NCBI GenBank assembly: GCA_965203805.1
Contig: OZ241917.1
Location: 2,208,001 to 2,272,000 of the forward strand
DNA length: 64,000 bases
Reading direction: 5' to 3'
DNA from: Candidatus Latescibacterota bacterium
Lineage (GTDB): Bacteria; Latescibacterota; UBA2968; GCA-2709665
Positions within the stretch are counted from its first letter, which is position 1. Every line of letters begins with the position of its first letter. This document shows positions 28,888-38,932 of the stretch, one piece after another. Both the position numbers and the translations under genes were made by a program. Below the pieces are notes generated by a model, which did no database searches, was not told the origin of the DNA, and saw only the letters and a program-made list of their open reading frames with translations.

Positions 28888-29781
28888 ATGGAATATCGAA
28901 CCCTCGGAAAGACCGGACTGCGCGTTTCGGAAATCGGATACGGCGCAGCGCAGGTCGGCAATATGAACCTGTCCGAAACCCTCGTGGACCGCGCCCTCAA
29001 CGCGGTTCTGGACGCGGGCATCAATTTCATCGACACGGCCGCGATGTACGGCGTGAGCGAAGAACGGATCGGGCGGTATGTCTCTCATAGACGGGACGAA
29101 TTCATCCTGGCCACGAAGTGCGGCGACTACGTGGGGGAGTCCGATGGCGAACGTCGGATCGTGCGGGACTACAGCCGGGAGGGCATCCTGCGTACGATCG
29201 ACGAGAGTCGAAGAAAACTGAACATGGACGTGATCGATATCGTACAGTTTCACGGGCTGCCGGATCCGGACGACGACGACGAGGTGGCCTTCGAGGCCCT
29301 TCTGGACGCCAGGGAAAGAGGCTGGACTCGGTTTGTTGGCGTGTCGGCAGACGGACCGAGGGCCGCGGCGGCGGCGCGGCGCTGGGCTCTGGACACCCAG
29401 GAATTCACCTACAACATTCTTTACCAGGAATCCGCCGAGGATCTCATGCCGACGTTGAAGGCGCAGCGGATGGGCACCATCATCAAGCGGCCCATTTCCA
29501 ATGCCGTTTGGCAACTGAACGAACGTCCCGAAGGCGACTATATGGGCGGCCCCTGGGACCGGGCGCAATCCATACCTCTGGCCGACCTGGCGGGCGGGAT
29601 GCCCATCCTCGAATTCGTGCTGCGTTTCACGCTTTCGCATCCGGACGTCTGCACCGCCATCATCGGCTCTACCCGTCCCGACCATATCCGAGCCAACGTC
29701 GACGTCTCCGACGGGCGCGAACTGCCCGACGACGTCGTGCGGGAAGCCAGAGCGGCGTTTCGGGCGAAATTCGGCGACTGA
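28888..29781 (+). CDS. Aldo/keto reductase
   Basis: MEYRTLGKTGLRVSEIG, GINFIDTA..YG.SEE.IG, ATKCG. Confidence 0.92.
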   Translation: MEYRTLGKTGLRVSEIGYGAAQVGNMNLSETLVDRALNAVLDAGINFIDTAAMYGVSEERIGRYVSHRRDEFILATKCGDYVGESDGERRIVRDYSREGILRTIDESRRKLNMDVIDIVQFHGLPDPDDDDEVAFEALLDARERGWTRFVGVSADGPRAAAAARRWALDTQEFTYNILYQESAEDLMPTLKAQRMGTIIKRPISNAVWQLNERPEGDYMGGPWDRAQSIPLADLAGGMPILEFVLRFTLSHPDVCTAIIGSTRPDHIRANVDVSDGRELPDDVVREARAAFRAKFGD

Positions 29782-29809
29782 ATCGGGTCGCCGATTTCAA
29801 TGCCTCACC

Positions 29810-29838
29810 TGCCCGGTATTTATCTGCCGGGCGTTTTT
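29810..29838 (+). terminator. Rho-independent terminator
   Basis: TGCCCGGTA-tttatc-TGCCGGGCG-TTTTT. Confidence 0.7.
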
Positions 29839-29895
29839 ATTTGTCTGATATTTAGAGGGTTATCGTCAGATACACGGAATTTTCGAATTTTCCCA

Positions 29896-29924
29896 TTGAC
29901 ATATGACCATTCGAAATGTATTAT
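29896..29924 (+). promoter_or_regulatory. sigma70-type promoter
   Basis: TTGACA-17 bp-TATTAT followed by an AT-rich operator-like tract. Confidence 0.75.
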
Positions 29925-30074
29925 AGAGCGGGCGATAATTTTAGTAATAAAACAATAATTATATATACTCAATTATCGACTGCTTTGCGAACCGGCTGGT
30001 GCAGCTTGAGACCGACGCGCAGCGCGCAGGAGCTGCAGGGGACGCGCACGTTTCACTCAAGGGAGGGCTATCCC

Positions 30075-30470
30075 GTGGATGAGTCCCGCATTCTGGCGAA
30101 CAACAACGAGAACGGGCAACCCACGTGTATCTATCGATGCGGCAAGGGGGGCATCCATGTCTTTTACGGATACGTGAACATCGGCATGCCGCCGGAGCAC
30201 TTTCGCCGGTTTACGGAGGCGGTGGTTGGCGTCCTGAATCGCATTACGGACGGCGATTGGGACGGATACGTGACCCTCCACTACGGCACGACCGCGCTCA
30301 TTCTGCCGCAGGAGGAGTTCATACCGTTCGCCGTTACGATCCGCGAGGCCGCCAAAGCCCTCGAGGTTCCTGAGGCGGGCGACAAGACGAGGCCCCGCAG
30401 ACCTGAGGCCGTTCCGGACCACTTCTGCGACCCTGTCTTTCAGCCGTACGATGGAAACCGTTTGAACTGA
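30075..30470 (+). CDS. Small hypothetical protein with internal duplication
   Basis: GGAGGG RBS and GTG start. Repeats IHVFYG..NIGMPPEHF..F..AV / VTLHYG..ALILPQEEF..F..TI; CxxxC...H. Confidence 0.7.
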   Translation: MDESRILANNNENGQPTCIYRCGKGGIHVFYGYVNIGMPPEHFRRFTEAVVGVLNRITDGDWDGYVTLHYGTTALILPQEEFIPFAVTIREAAKALEVPEAGDKTRPRRPEAVPDHFCDPVFQPYDGNRLN

Positions 30471-30562
30471 AATGTCAGAAGTCAGTGGACGATACCTCGG
30501 GCGAAGCCGGACCCGTACCGGGAAAATTTGACGCACTTTGATGACGTTTGAGGAAATTCGGG

Positions 30563-30591
30563 TTGACATATAAGTCATCGAAGTGTATTAT
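30563..30591 (+). promoter_or_regulatory. sigma70-type promoter of the heme-uptake operon
   Basis: TTGACA-17 bp-TATTAT, spacer similar to the 29896 promoter. Confidence 0.75.
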
Positions 30592-30970
30592 CTTATTTTC
30601 ATAAATTTTATATATATAACAGTTGACAATCCTACGAAATGACCGGCGGATATGCTTAATGTTTGCCCGGTATGCAAATAATCGGGCGTGTTCATCCGGG
30701 ACTTTCGCCATTTCAGCAGTCTTGCGCTCCCCTCGCGTGGTTCTGTACGGATCACCGAACGTCTAACCTTGATTCGTCATTATTCGGGGACGTTAATTCG
30801 AAAATGTGCCTGTGAATAAAGGCGATTTAACTGCTGATTTCCATGATCCTTCAGGTCACTGGACGTGAACGGAAAAAATGTCCTTCCAGACGACCTTTTC
30901 GGCCCGTTTCGGAAGGTTTCGTCGCAGCGACCCGTGGCTGTTTTTGTCGAATTAAGGCTAAGGAGAGCCG

Positions 30971-31864
30971 ATGTTCGGACGGACAATATTGATTCTATTG
31001 GGGCATATCCTCGCGGTAGCCCCGTTTGCTCGGGCCGGTTTCGAAGACGGCGACGGCGGTCGCTCCACCGCCTCGCGCGTCGTATCCGTCGGCGGATCGC
31101 TGACTGAAATCGTCTATGCCCTGGGCGCGACTGACGCGCTCGTGGGAACGGACACGTCCAGCGGGTATCCGGAAGCGGCTACCCGGCTGCCCCAGGTGGG
31201 GTATCAACGGCGGCTCTCTGCCGAGGGAGTGCTGTCGCTCAACCCGACGCTGGTGCTGGCCACCGCCGACGCCGGCCCGCCCGCCGCGATGGAGCAGATC
31301 CGCTCAGCCGGAGTGCCGGTAATGACGGTGCCGAGCGCGCGAACGCCCGAAGGAATCAAGCAGAAGATCCGCACGGTGGCCCGGGCGCTCGGGCGCGAGG
31401 AAAAGGGAGAGGAATTGGCGCGGATCCTGGACGCGGACCTGCTCCTGGCGAAAGCCTACCTGGCCGGAGCCAATATGAAACCGAGGGTTCTATTCATCTA
31501 TGCCCGCGGCCAGGGCACGATGATGGTGTCGGGATCCGGCACGTCGGCGCACACGATGATTCAACTGTCGGGTGCGGAGAATGCGGTTTCCGGATATGAC
31601 AATTACAAACCGCTTACCGCCGAAGCTGTGGTGGCCGCCGGGCCCGACGTGATTCTCATGCTTTCGTCGGGGCTCGAAAGCCTTGGCGGCGTGGACGGCC
31701 TCCTGAAAGCGCCCGGGGTCGCGCTTACCCCGGCCGGTAAGAATCGCCGGATCGTGGCGATGGACGGACTCTATCTGCTAGGATTCGGCCCGCGAACGGG
31801 AAAAGCCGTACTGGAACTGGCTCGAGAATTCCATTCGGAGACGTGTGTTTCCAGGGATCAATAA
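30971..31864 (+). CDS. hmuT: Heme ABC transporter substrate-binding protein
   Basis: GGSLTEIVYALG, VG.D.SS.YP, VGYQRRLSAEGVLSLNP (heme Tyr), YKPLTAEA, LLGFGPR. Confidence 0.92.
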   Translation: MFGRTILILLGHILAVAPFARAGFEDGDGGRSTASRVVSVGGSLTEIVYALGATDALVGTDTSSGYPEAATRLPQVGYQRRLSAEGVLSLNPTLVLATADAGPPAAMEQIRSAGVPVMTVPSARTPEGIKQKIRTVARALGREEKGEELARILDADLLLAKAYLAGANMKPRVLFIYARGQGTMMVSGSGTSAHTMIQLSGAENAVSGYDNYKPLTAEAVVAAGPDVILMLSSGLESLGGVDGLLKAPGVALTPAGKNRRIVAMDGLYLLGFGPRTGKAVLELAREFHSETCVSRDQ

Positions 31865-31865
31865 C

Positions 31866-32996
31866 GTGGACGTCACCGACGAGCTTTCGTCCGGTCCTAT
31901 ACCGAAGCCGTCGGAAGCGGGCATCGTTGCAGACCGCCCGGACCGGCGCAGGAAACGCGCGGTTGCGGTACTTGCAGGGTTGGGCGTTCTGCTGGCCGCA
32001 ATGACCGTAGCCTCTGTCGGCGTGGGAGCGGTTGCCGTATCTCCAGGGCAGATTCTGGCCATGTTCGGCGAACGGATCGGTGTGTGGCTGCCCTGGACGT
32101 TCCAGCCTCAACAGGAGGCGGTGGTAACGGCAATACGTCTCCCGCGCGTGCTGCTGAACGTGCTGGTCGGCGCCGGACTTTCGGTTGCCGGGGCGGCGAT
32201 GCAGGGACTCTTCCGCAATCCCCTCGCGGATCCGGGGCTGGTGGGCGTGTCCAGCGGCGCTGCTCTGGCGGCCGTCTCCGTGATCGTGCTGGGAGCCACG
32301 TTACTGGAGGGTCTCACTTCGGCGCTCGGGATGTTTACGCTTCCCCTCGCGGCATTCGTCGGCAGCGTTGTGACCACCGTGATCGTGTACAGGCTTTCCA
32401 GCGCACAGGGACGTACCGTCGTGGCCACCATGCTGCTGGCCGGCATTGCCGTCAATGCGCTGACGGGTTCCGTAACCGGCCTGCTGACTTTCGCGGCGAC
32501 GGACGAGCAGCTTCGAAATATCACCTTCTGGAGCCTGGGCAACATGGGTGCGGCCACCTGGACGTCCGTCGCCTCGGTGGCCCCTTTCATCCTGATAGCT
32601 GTCAGCCTTCTTGTCCGGTACGCCAGGCCGTTGAACGCCTTCCTGCTGGGAGAGGCCGAAGCGGGACATCTCGGCGTGCCGGTTCAACGTATGAAACGCG
32701 AGATTGTGACCCTGACCGCGCTGGCGGTGGGCGCGTCGGTTGCTGTTACCGGCATCATCGGGTTCGTGGGGCTGGTGGTGCCCCACCTGCTTCGCCTCAC
32801 CGTGGGCCCGGACCACCGCTACCTGATGCCCGGCGCTGCGCTGCTCGGCGCCTCCCTCCTGATGGGGGCCGACCTTGCTGCCCGCACCGTCGTATTGCCG
32901 GCCGAACTGCCTATCGGCATTGTGACAGCCATCGTCGGAGCGCCTTTTTTTCTCTATCTGCTGCTGCGAAGCAAGCAGACGATGAAACTGCTATGA
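31866..32996 (+). CDS. hmuU: Heme ABC transporter permease (FecCD family)
   Basis: IRLPR, QGLFRNPLADPG, EAEAGHLG, IGFVGLVVPH, ELPIG. Confidence 0.93.
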   Translation: MDVTDELSSGPIPKPSEAGIVADRPDRRRKRAVAVLAGLGVLLAAMTVASVGVGAVAVSPGQILAMFGERIGVWLPWTFQPQQEAVVTAIRLPRVLLNVLVGAGLSVAGAAMQGLFRNPLADPGLVGVSSGAALAAVSVIVLGATLLEGLTSALGMFTLPLAAFVGSVVTTVIVYRLSSAQGRTVVATMLLAGIAVNALTGSVTGLLTFAATDEQLRNITFWSLGNMGAATWTSVASVAPFILIAVSLLVRYARPLNAFLLGEAEAGHLGVPVQRMKREIVTLTALAVGASVAVTGIIGFVGLVVPHLLRLTVGPDHRYLMPGAALLGASLLMGADLAARTVVLPAELPIGIVTAIVGAPFFLYLLLRSKQTMKLL

Positions 32997-33856
32997 TCGA
33001 AGCGGAAGCGGTCTCAGTACATATCGGCCGAAAGGCCCTGCTGAATCGCGTCAACATCCAGGTCCGGCCGGGTGAAATCGTTGCCGTCGTGGGTCCCAAC
33101 GGATCGGGGAAGACCACGCTTTTCAGGGTGTTGTGCGGCGACCTCTCGCCGTCCACGGGCGCGGTGTGGCTCGAAGGCTGGTGCCTCGACGATTGGGCCT
33201 CGACGGAACAGGCTCGCAAACGCGGGGTGCTCCCGCAGTCCGCCACCCTGGATTTCCCTTTTACGGTACTCGAGGTCGCGGTTATGGGTCGGATGCCGCA
33301 CCTGGAGGGCTCGGAGGGATCCACAGACTACGCAATTGCGCGCGCCAGTCTGGGTCTGGCGGGGGTTGGCGATCTGGAAGACAGGATTTACCCGACGCTG
33401 TCGGGAGGCGAAAAGCAGCGCGTGCAGTTCGCGCGGGTTCTCACACAGATCGGCGAACAGCCGTCTGATGGCCGGCGATACCTTCTGCTCGATGAACCCA
33501 CATCCAATCTGGATCTCGCACACCAGCACCGGATCCTCTCCACGGCGCGCAACTTCGCCCTTGAGTCAACCGGCGTATTGGCCGTGCTTCACGATCTGAA
33601 TCTGGCCGCGCAATACGCGGACCGCGTCCTCGTATTGAAAGAAGGGGAAGAACTCACTTCCGGTGAGCCGTCGGAGGTTTTCACGGAGGGCGTCATCGAA
33701 CGGGCTTTCGACGTGCGTGTGCGGGTGATTCCCCATCCCACGATGGATTGCCCGCTCATTGTACCGCTGCCCGAGACTTCCGGGAAACCGGGACCGGCCC
33801 CCATTGCCGGCGGCCTGATGACAGGGATCGGGCCCGGAAGAGCGTACGGCCACTGA
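32993..33856 (+). CDS. hmuV: Heme ABC transporter ATP-binding protein
   Basis: ATGA overlap; GPNGSGKT, LSGGEKQRVQFARVL, LLLDEPT, HDLNLA. Confidence 0.93.
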   Translation: MIEAEAVSVHIGRKALLNRVNIQVRPGEIVAVVGPNGSGKTTLFRVLCGDLSPSTGAVWLEGWCLDDWASTEQARKRGVLPQSATLDFPFTVLEVAVMGRMPHLEGSEGSTDYAIARASLGLAGVGDLEDRIYPTLSGGEKQRVQFARVLTQIGEQPSDGRRYLLLDEPTSNLDLAHQHRILSTARNFALESTGVLAVLHDLNLAAQYADRVLVLKEGEELTSGEPSEVFTEGVIERAFDVRVRVIPHPTMDCPLIVPLPETSGKPGPAPIAGGLMTGIGPGRAYGH

Positions 33857-33908
33857 CGCGACCCGCCGAACACCGTTTCGAAAGTCCTGAGACGGATCCG
33901 GCGATAGG

Positions 33909-36335
33909 ATGGAAAAACCAATGTCAAGCGCGAATTCCACGGGTAATTGTCGTCAGTCCAGGCCATCGGCAGCGGTCGACGGACGGGGAGGGTATCTCGC
34001 GAACCACCTTTTCCTGAAGGGATTGAAGGGGTCCGGATGGTTCGTGTTCCTGATCTGCTTCTGTAATGTCGGCGTGGCGAACGACGCTTCGGGTCGTATC
34101 GAGGGCGTGGTGCAGACCGCGGGCGGGATGCCGCTGGCAGATGTCAACGTCTCCGTTTCAGATAAGCCATTGGGAGCGGTGAGTTCCGCCACAGGGCGCT
34201 TTTCTCTGACCGGCGTCTCCGGGGGTGAACATACGGTCGTCGCGAGTCTGGTTGGTTACAGGCGTACTCGTCTGCAGGTCAATGTTGCGGCGAACGCCGT
34301 CTCCAGGGTCCGCATTGTATTGACGCCGGAGACGACCGCGCTCCCCGCGATAGTCGTCACAGGTACCAGGTCGGCGCAGAGTATAGAAGACACGCCGATC
34401 CAGACGCAGGTCATCACCAAACATGAGATTAACGGCACCGGCGTGGTGGACCTGGGAAGTCTCCTGGCGGAACAGACCGGGATTGCCGTGATCTCGGACC
34501 ACGGCACCGGCGTTCAGATGCAGGGGTTCGATCCCGATTACACGCTCATTCTGGTCGACGGCGAACCCGTTATCGGGCGCACGGCGGGGACACTCGACCT
34601 GGACCGGTTCCTGGTGAGTAATCTCGAGCAAGTCGAGATTGTCAAGGGTTCCACGTCCTCGCTTTACGGCAGCGAGGCCCTGGCAGGCGTGATCAACCTG
34701 ATTACCCGCCTGCCGGAAAAACCGTTCTCCGCGTCCATTCGACCACGCTACGGCACCTTCGGCGCTCTGAATTTCACCGGCGAACTGGAGTCCCGACAAA
34801 AGGAATTCGGGATATCGCTATTCGTGGACCGAAGCCGCAGCAGCGGCTACGATCACACGCCGGAAACGGTGTCGCCGACCGCTCCCGAATACGTCGCCTA
34901 CACGGCGAGTCCCAAAGTGGTCTACGAACCGAGCGACCGGGTTACGCTTTCGCTGTCGGCACGGGTATTCCAGGAAAGCCAGCAAAGTCCCGAAGAGATC
35001 AGGTCGCCCGGCGGAAACGTGCTCATCGAGAGGGACGCACGACTGACAGACTGGAATATCAACCCTAGAATCACCTTTCGATGGACACCCGGTCTTCGGA
35101 TAAGCGGCAAGCTCTACACCGCCAATTACCATACCCGAAGCGAGCGGACGCGCGCCGATAGCGGCGAGCCGTACGACATGGCGGCTTTCGACCAGAACTA
35201 CCGCAAAGCCGAAGTGCAGGCCCATTCACTGGTCGGAAGAACCAGCATTGTGACGCTTGGCGCGGGGACGGTGTGGGAGTCAGTAGAGGCGGACCGCATT
35301 ACCGGGGGGCGCCAATCCTCGCGCAGCGCATTCGCTTTTCTCCAGGAAGAGTGGTTGCCCGCGACATGGCTCGACCTGGTCGTCAGCGCGCGCGTGGACG
35401 CGCACAGCGACTACGCGGCAAGGGTTAGCCCGAAAGCCGCGCTCCTTATCAAGTCCCTGCCGTGGCTGCATCTTCGAGGATCCGTAGGCAGCGGCTTCAA
35501 AGCGCCCACGTTTCAGCAGCTGTACCTGGATTTCACCAATCCTTCAGTCGGCTATTCCGTACTCGGCTCTACCTACGTCCGTGACGGGATGGCGCTGATG
35601 CAGGACGAAGGCCGGATTGCCGCCGTGCTTCAGGACACCGAAACGATGGAGCAGATTCGAGCCGAGAGCGCAGTTTCTTTCAACGCGGGCATTGAAGTCG
35701 CACCGGGAGGCCGTGCAACCGCGAAAATCAGCTTCTTCCACAACAACGTGCGGGACCTCATCGAGGCCTCGCCCATCGCCCGGAAGAAGAGCGGCCAGAG
35801 CGTGTTTACGTATTTTAATCTCAACCGTGTCTTCACCCGCGGTGTGGAAAGCGAAGTCAAACTGCGCATTTCCGAAAAGGCCGGGTTGTCGGCGGGTTAC
35901 CAGTACCTGCAGACGGCAGACAGGGACGTGCTGGACAGACTCAGTGACGGCCAGGTTGTGACGGTGGATCCGGAAACCAACAAACTTCGCCGTGTCGAAA
36001 CCCCGGAATACGGAGGACTCTTCAATCGCTCGACCCACACTGCCACGCTGCGCCTTTTCTATCGGAACGAGGTGACCGGCCTCGGCGGCAGCCTGCGCGG
36101 CGTATATCGGGGTCGATACGGCTACCAGGATCGCAACCTGACCAACATCCTCGACGCGCCCGAAGAGTACGCGCCGGGCTACGGTATCTGGCACATATCG
36201 CTTTCCCAGCAGATAAAGGACTTTGCCGCAACGATTCGACTGGGTGTCCGGAACGTGTTCGACGAAAAACGGTTGGACTATGTTCCCTCTCTGCCCGGCC
36301 GCATACTCTATGTGGATCTGACCAGAGACTTCTGA
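33909..36335 (+). CDS. TonB-dependent receptor with N-terminal carboxypeptidase-regulatory-like domain
   Basis: IVVTGTR, ILVDG, VEIVKG..SSLYGSEALAGVINLIT plug motif, GFKAP, GV.NVFD, C-terminal F. Confidence 0.93.
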   Translation: MEKPMSSANSTGNCRQSRPSAAVDGRGGYLANHLFLKGLKGSGWFVFLICFCNVGVANDASGRIEGVVQTAGGMPLADVNVSVSDKPLGAVSSATGRFSLTGVSGGEHTVVASLVGYRRTRLQVNVAANAVSRVRIVLTPETTALPAIVVTGTRSAQSIEDTPIQTQVITKHEINGTGVVDLGSLLAEQTGIAVISDHGTGVQMQGFDPDYTLILVDGEPVIGRTAGTLDLDRFLVSNLEQVEIVKGSTSSLYGSEALAGVINLITRLPEKPFSASIRPRYGTFGALNFTGELESRQKEFGISLFVDRSRSSGYDHTPETVSPTAPEYVAYTASPKVVYEPSDRVTLSLSARVFQESQQSPEEIRSPGGNVLIERDARLTDWNINPRITFRWTPGLRISGKLYTANYHTRSERTRADSGEPYDMAAFDQNYRKAEVQAHSLVGRTSIVTLGAGTVWESVEADRITGGRQSSRSAFAFLQEEWLPATWLDLVVSARVDAHSDYAARVSPKAALLIKSLPWLHLRGSVGSGFKAPTFQQLYLDFTNPSVGYSVLGSTYVRDGMALMQDEGRIAAVLQDTETMEQIRAESAVSFNAGIEVAPGGRATAKISFFHNNVRDLIEASPIARKKSGQSVFTYFNLNRVFTRGVESEVKLRISEKAGLSAGYQYLQTADRDVLDRLSDGQVVTVDPETNKLRRVETPEYGGLFNRSTHTATLRLFYRNEVTGLGGSLRGVYRGRYGYQDRNLTNILDAPEEYAPGYGIWHISLSQQIKDFAATIRLGVRNVFDEKRLDYVPSLPGRILYVDLTRDF

Positions 36336-36491
36336 GCAAACCCGGGCTATTTCCGAGCGGACGCCAAGGCGACCTGACACGTGATGTGTCGCGGAGATTA
36401 AGCCTTACACGCTTTCAACCGGAAATAGAGCCGCATCAACGAGCTTCCCTGAAACGCCTGCAACGTCAACCCCTTTTACAGCGGGAGGTAT

Positions 36492-37733
36492 ATGAAAGGA
36501 TCTCTTGTATTCAGCGCATTTCTCCTGTTCGCGCTGCCGGCGAACGTAATGAGCGAGGACGACGGGTCGGAACCCGTAATGAGAATTACGGGATACGGCG
36601 AACTCATCTACTCGCACTTCGATTACGGCCCCGACCAGAAGAGCAGCCCGTCGGGTTCGCCGCCGGACAGCCGCGCGACCATCGACGTCGCACGTCTGGC
36701 CCTCGAGCTGGAAACCCGCCTGCTTCACGGCGTAGAGCTGGAAGTCGAACTGGAAATCGAACACGGCGGAACCGGGGGCGCACTCGAGATCGAATACGAG
36801 GAATTCGGCGAATACGAAACCGAAGTGGAAAAGGGCGGTGAAGTCATCCTCGAGGAACTCTTCATTGAACGCGAGTTCAGCGACGCCTTCAACATCCGTC
36901 TTGGCCACTTCTACGTTGCCGTGGGTCTTACCACGGAGCAATACCATCCCACGGACTTTTTCGGAACCCGCCGCCCGGAGTCGGAAACCTCAGTGATTCC
37001 CGCAATATGGCACGAAACCGGCATCGAGGTCAACGGCCGCACCGATCGTCTGAGCTACCGGATCCAACTCGTCAACGGACTCGACGCAACGGGTTTCAGT
37101 TCGCAGAACTGGATTGTGGGGGGCCACCAGACGCGCTTTGAGGAGGTCCGAGCATCGAATATGGCGCTTGCGGGCCGGTTGGACTACCGCATCGCGGATG
37201 GCCTCAGCTTTGGCGTATCGGGCTATCGCGGCGACAGCGCCGACAACCGTCCGAAACCCGACATGAAAGGTGTGGATGCCAATGTGTCCATCTTCGACGT
37301 CCACGCCGTGCTGCGGTATAATCGCTTTCGCGCGCAGGGGATGTATCTGTACGGAAGTCTGCAGAACGCGGATATCGTGAGCGAGCGCAACCGGTCGCTG
37401 TCCAATAATCTGGATGTGTTGCGCACGCCCGTGGGCAGCGGCGCCTTTGCGTCTTATGTCGAGGCCGGCTGTGACATTCTGCCCACGCTCACGTCGCGGC
37501 GGGAAGATCAGCTCTATGTGTTCCTGCGATTCGGCAGCTACGACACGATGGCGAGTGTGCCGGAGGGTTTCTTTGACAATCCACGGTTCGAACGTCGAGT
37601 ATATACGCTCGGCCTCAACTACATCCTGGACAACGCGGTGGTCCTCAAGGGCGACTATTCGATGCGTCGACTGGGCGCATCGCGATTCAACGGTGAAAAT
37701 ACCGCCAGTTTCGCAGTAGGCTTTCAGTTTTAA
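36492..37733 (+). CDS. Outer-membrane porin-like protein (iron-uptake associated)
   Basis: Signal peptide, GYGE, ELEIEHGG, IP..WHETG, C-terminal GFQF. Confidence 0.8.
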   Translation: MKGSLVFSAFLLFALPANVMSEDDGSEPVMRITGYGELIYSHFDYGPDQKSSPSGSPPDSRATIDVARLALELETRLLHGVELEVELEIEHGGTGGALEIEYEEFGEYETEVEKGGEVILEELFIEREFSDAFNIRLGHFYVAVGLTTEQYHPTDFFGTRRPESETSVIPAIWHETGIEVNGRTDRLSYRIQLVNGLDATGFSSQNWIVGGHQTRFEEVRASNMALAGRLDYRIADGLSFGVSGYRGDSADNRPKPDMKGVDANVSIFDVHAVLRYNRFRAQGMYLYGSLQNADIVSERNRSLSNNLDVLRTPVGSGAFASYVEAGCDILPTLTSRREDQLYVFLRFGSYDTMASVPEGFFDNPRFERRVYTLGLNYILDNAVVLKGDYSMRRLGASRFNGENTASFAVGFQF

Positions 37734-37753
37734 TTCACAAGGAGGAAACACCG

Positions 37754-38830
37754 ATGAAAGTCGTTAACGTATTTTTCGGTCTCTTGCTTGCCGTTTCACT
37801 CACCGGGTGCGGCGGCGACGACGAAAACCCCGTCGCACCCGAGCCGGAACCCGATCCGCGGTTTGATTTCTCACCTATTCTTACCGACTTCGCCGACAAA
37901 ACGGTTATCCCCATCTACAAGGACCTCTCCGACAAGGCATCGGAACTCCTCGTCGCCGTAACCAATCTCAAGACCAACCCATCGCCCGCCACGCTGTCCA
38001 CCGCCCGCGCGGCCTGGGTGGCCTCGCGCCAGCCATGGGAAAGAAGCGAGGCGTTCCTGTTCGGTCCGGTTGACTTCAAGGGTTATGATCCGGCGTTGGA
38101 TTCCTGGCCCGTAAACCGCGCGGACCTGGAAGCTGTTTTGTCGGGCAGCGATCCCTTGACCAAGACATCCGTCAATAACCTCGAGAACACGCTCAAGGGA
38201 TTTCATACCATTGAATTCCTGCTCTATGACGAGGGCGGCAGCAAGACCGTAGACGACTTTACTTCGCGACAATACGATTACCTCATCGCGGCGACGGAAT
38301 TGCTCGATGAAGCTGCCACAGCGATGCATACGGACTGGAGTGCATCCGGCGGAAACTTCCGCGATCAGGTCGTCAGTGCGGGCGCGGGCAGCAACACCTA
38401 CACCACGCGGAAAGCAGCAATTCAGGAGATGATCAACGGCATGGTCGGCATTGCCGACGAAGTTGGAAACGGCAAGATTGCCGACCCCTTCAATGAACAG
38501 GACACGCGCCTGGTCGAATCGCAGTTCAGCTTTAACTCTCTTCTCGACTTCCAGAACAACATCCGCGGGATCTGGCATGTATATACCGGCGGGTACAATG
38601 TTCAGGCAGTGGGCCTGGACTATTTCGTAAGGACGAAAAACTCCTCGCTCGACACGCGCGTGCAGGATGAAATCAAGACAGCGATTGAAGAAATCGGGAA
38701 AATTTCCTTCCCGTTCCGTGACGCTCTGGCGTCCGACGCAGCACAGATCACGGCGGCCCAGCAGGCCATTGCAAAGGTGCAGGCTACCCTCGAAGGCGAC
38801 GTGCTGCGCCTGGTCAACGCGGAACCATAG
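37754..38830 (+). CDS. Imelysin (peptidase M75)-family lipoprotein
   Basis: Lipobox LTGC, W...R.PWE.SEAF.FGP, DSWP, GFHTIEFLL (GxHxxE). Confidence 0.9.
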   Translation: MKVVNVFFGLLLAVSLTGCGGDDENPVAPEPEPDPRFDFSPILTDFADKTVIPIYKDLSDKASELLVAVTNLKTNPSPATLSTARAAWVASRQPWERSEAFLFGPVDFKGYDPALDSWPVNRADLEAVLSGSDPLTKTSVNNLENTLKGFHTIEFLLYDEGGSKTVDDFTSRQYDYLIAATELLDEAATAMHTDWSASGGNFRDQVVSAGAGSNTYTTRKAAIQEMINGMVGIADEVGNGKIADPFNEQDTRLVESQFSFNSLLDFQNNIRGIWHVYTGGYNVQAVGLDYFVRTKNSSLDTRVQDEIKTAIEEIGKISFPFRDALASDAAQITAAQQAIAKVQATLEGDVLRLVNAEP

Positions 38831-38932
38831 ACCGCCGCGTCCAAACTCCGGAACGCCGATAGGGTACGTTTGCCCTATCGGCTCCGCACTCGCGTCTTTC
38901 CAACCATTTGACCGAAGCCAGGACCGTCTCTC

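Noticed and set aside
30650-30960. Cobalamin riboswitch ahead of the ABC/TonB genes
   Set aside because: No B12-box or conserved core visible; the binding-protein motifs indicate heme.
32084-32992. N-terminal extension of the 590-aa ORF
   Set aside because: Overlaps hmuU out of frame; the real hmuV starts at ATG 32993.
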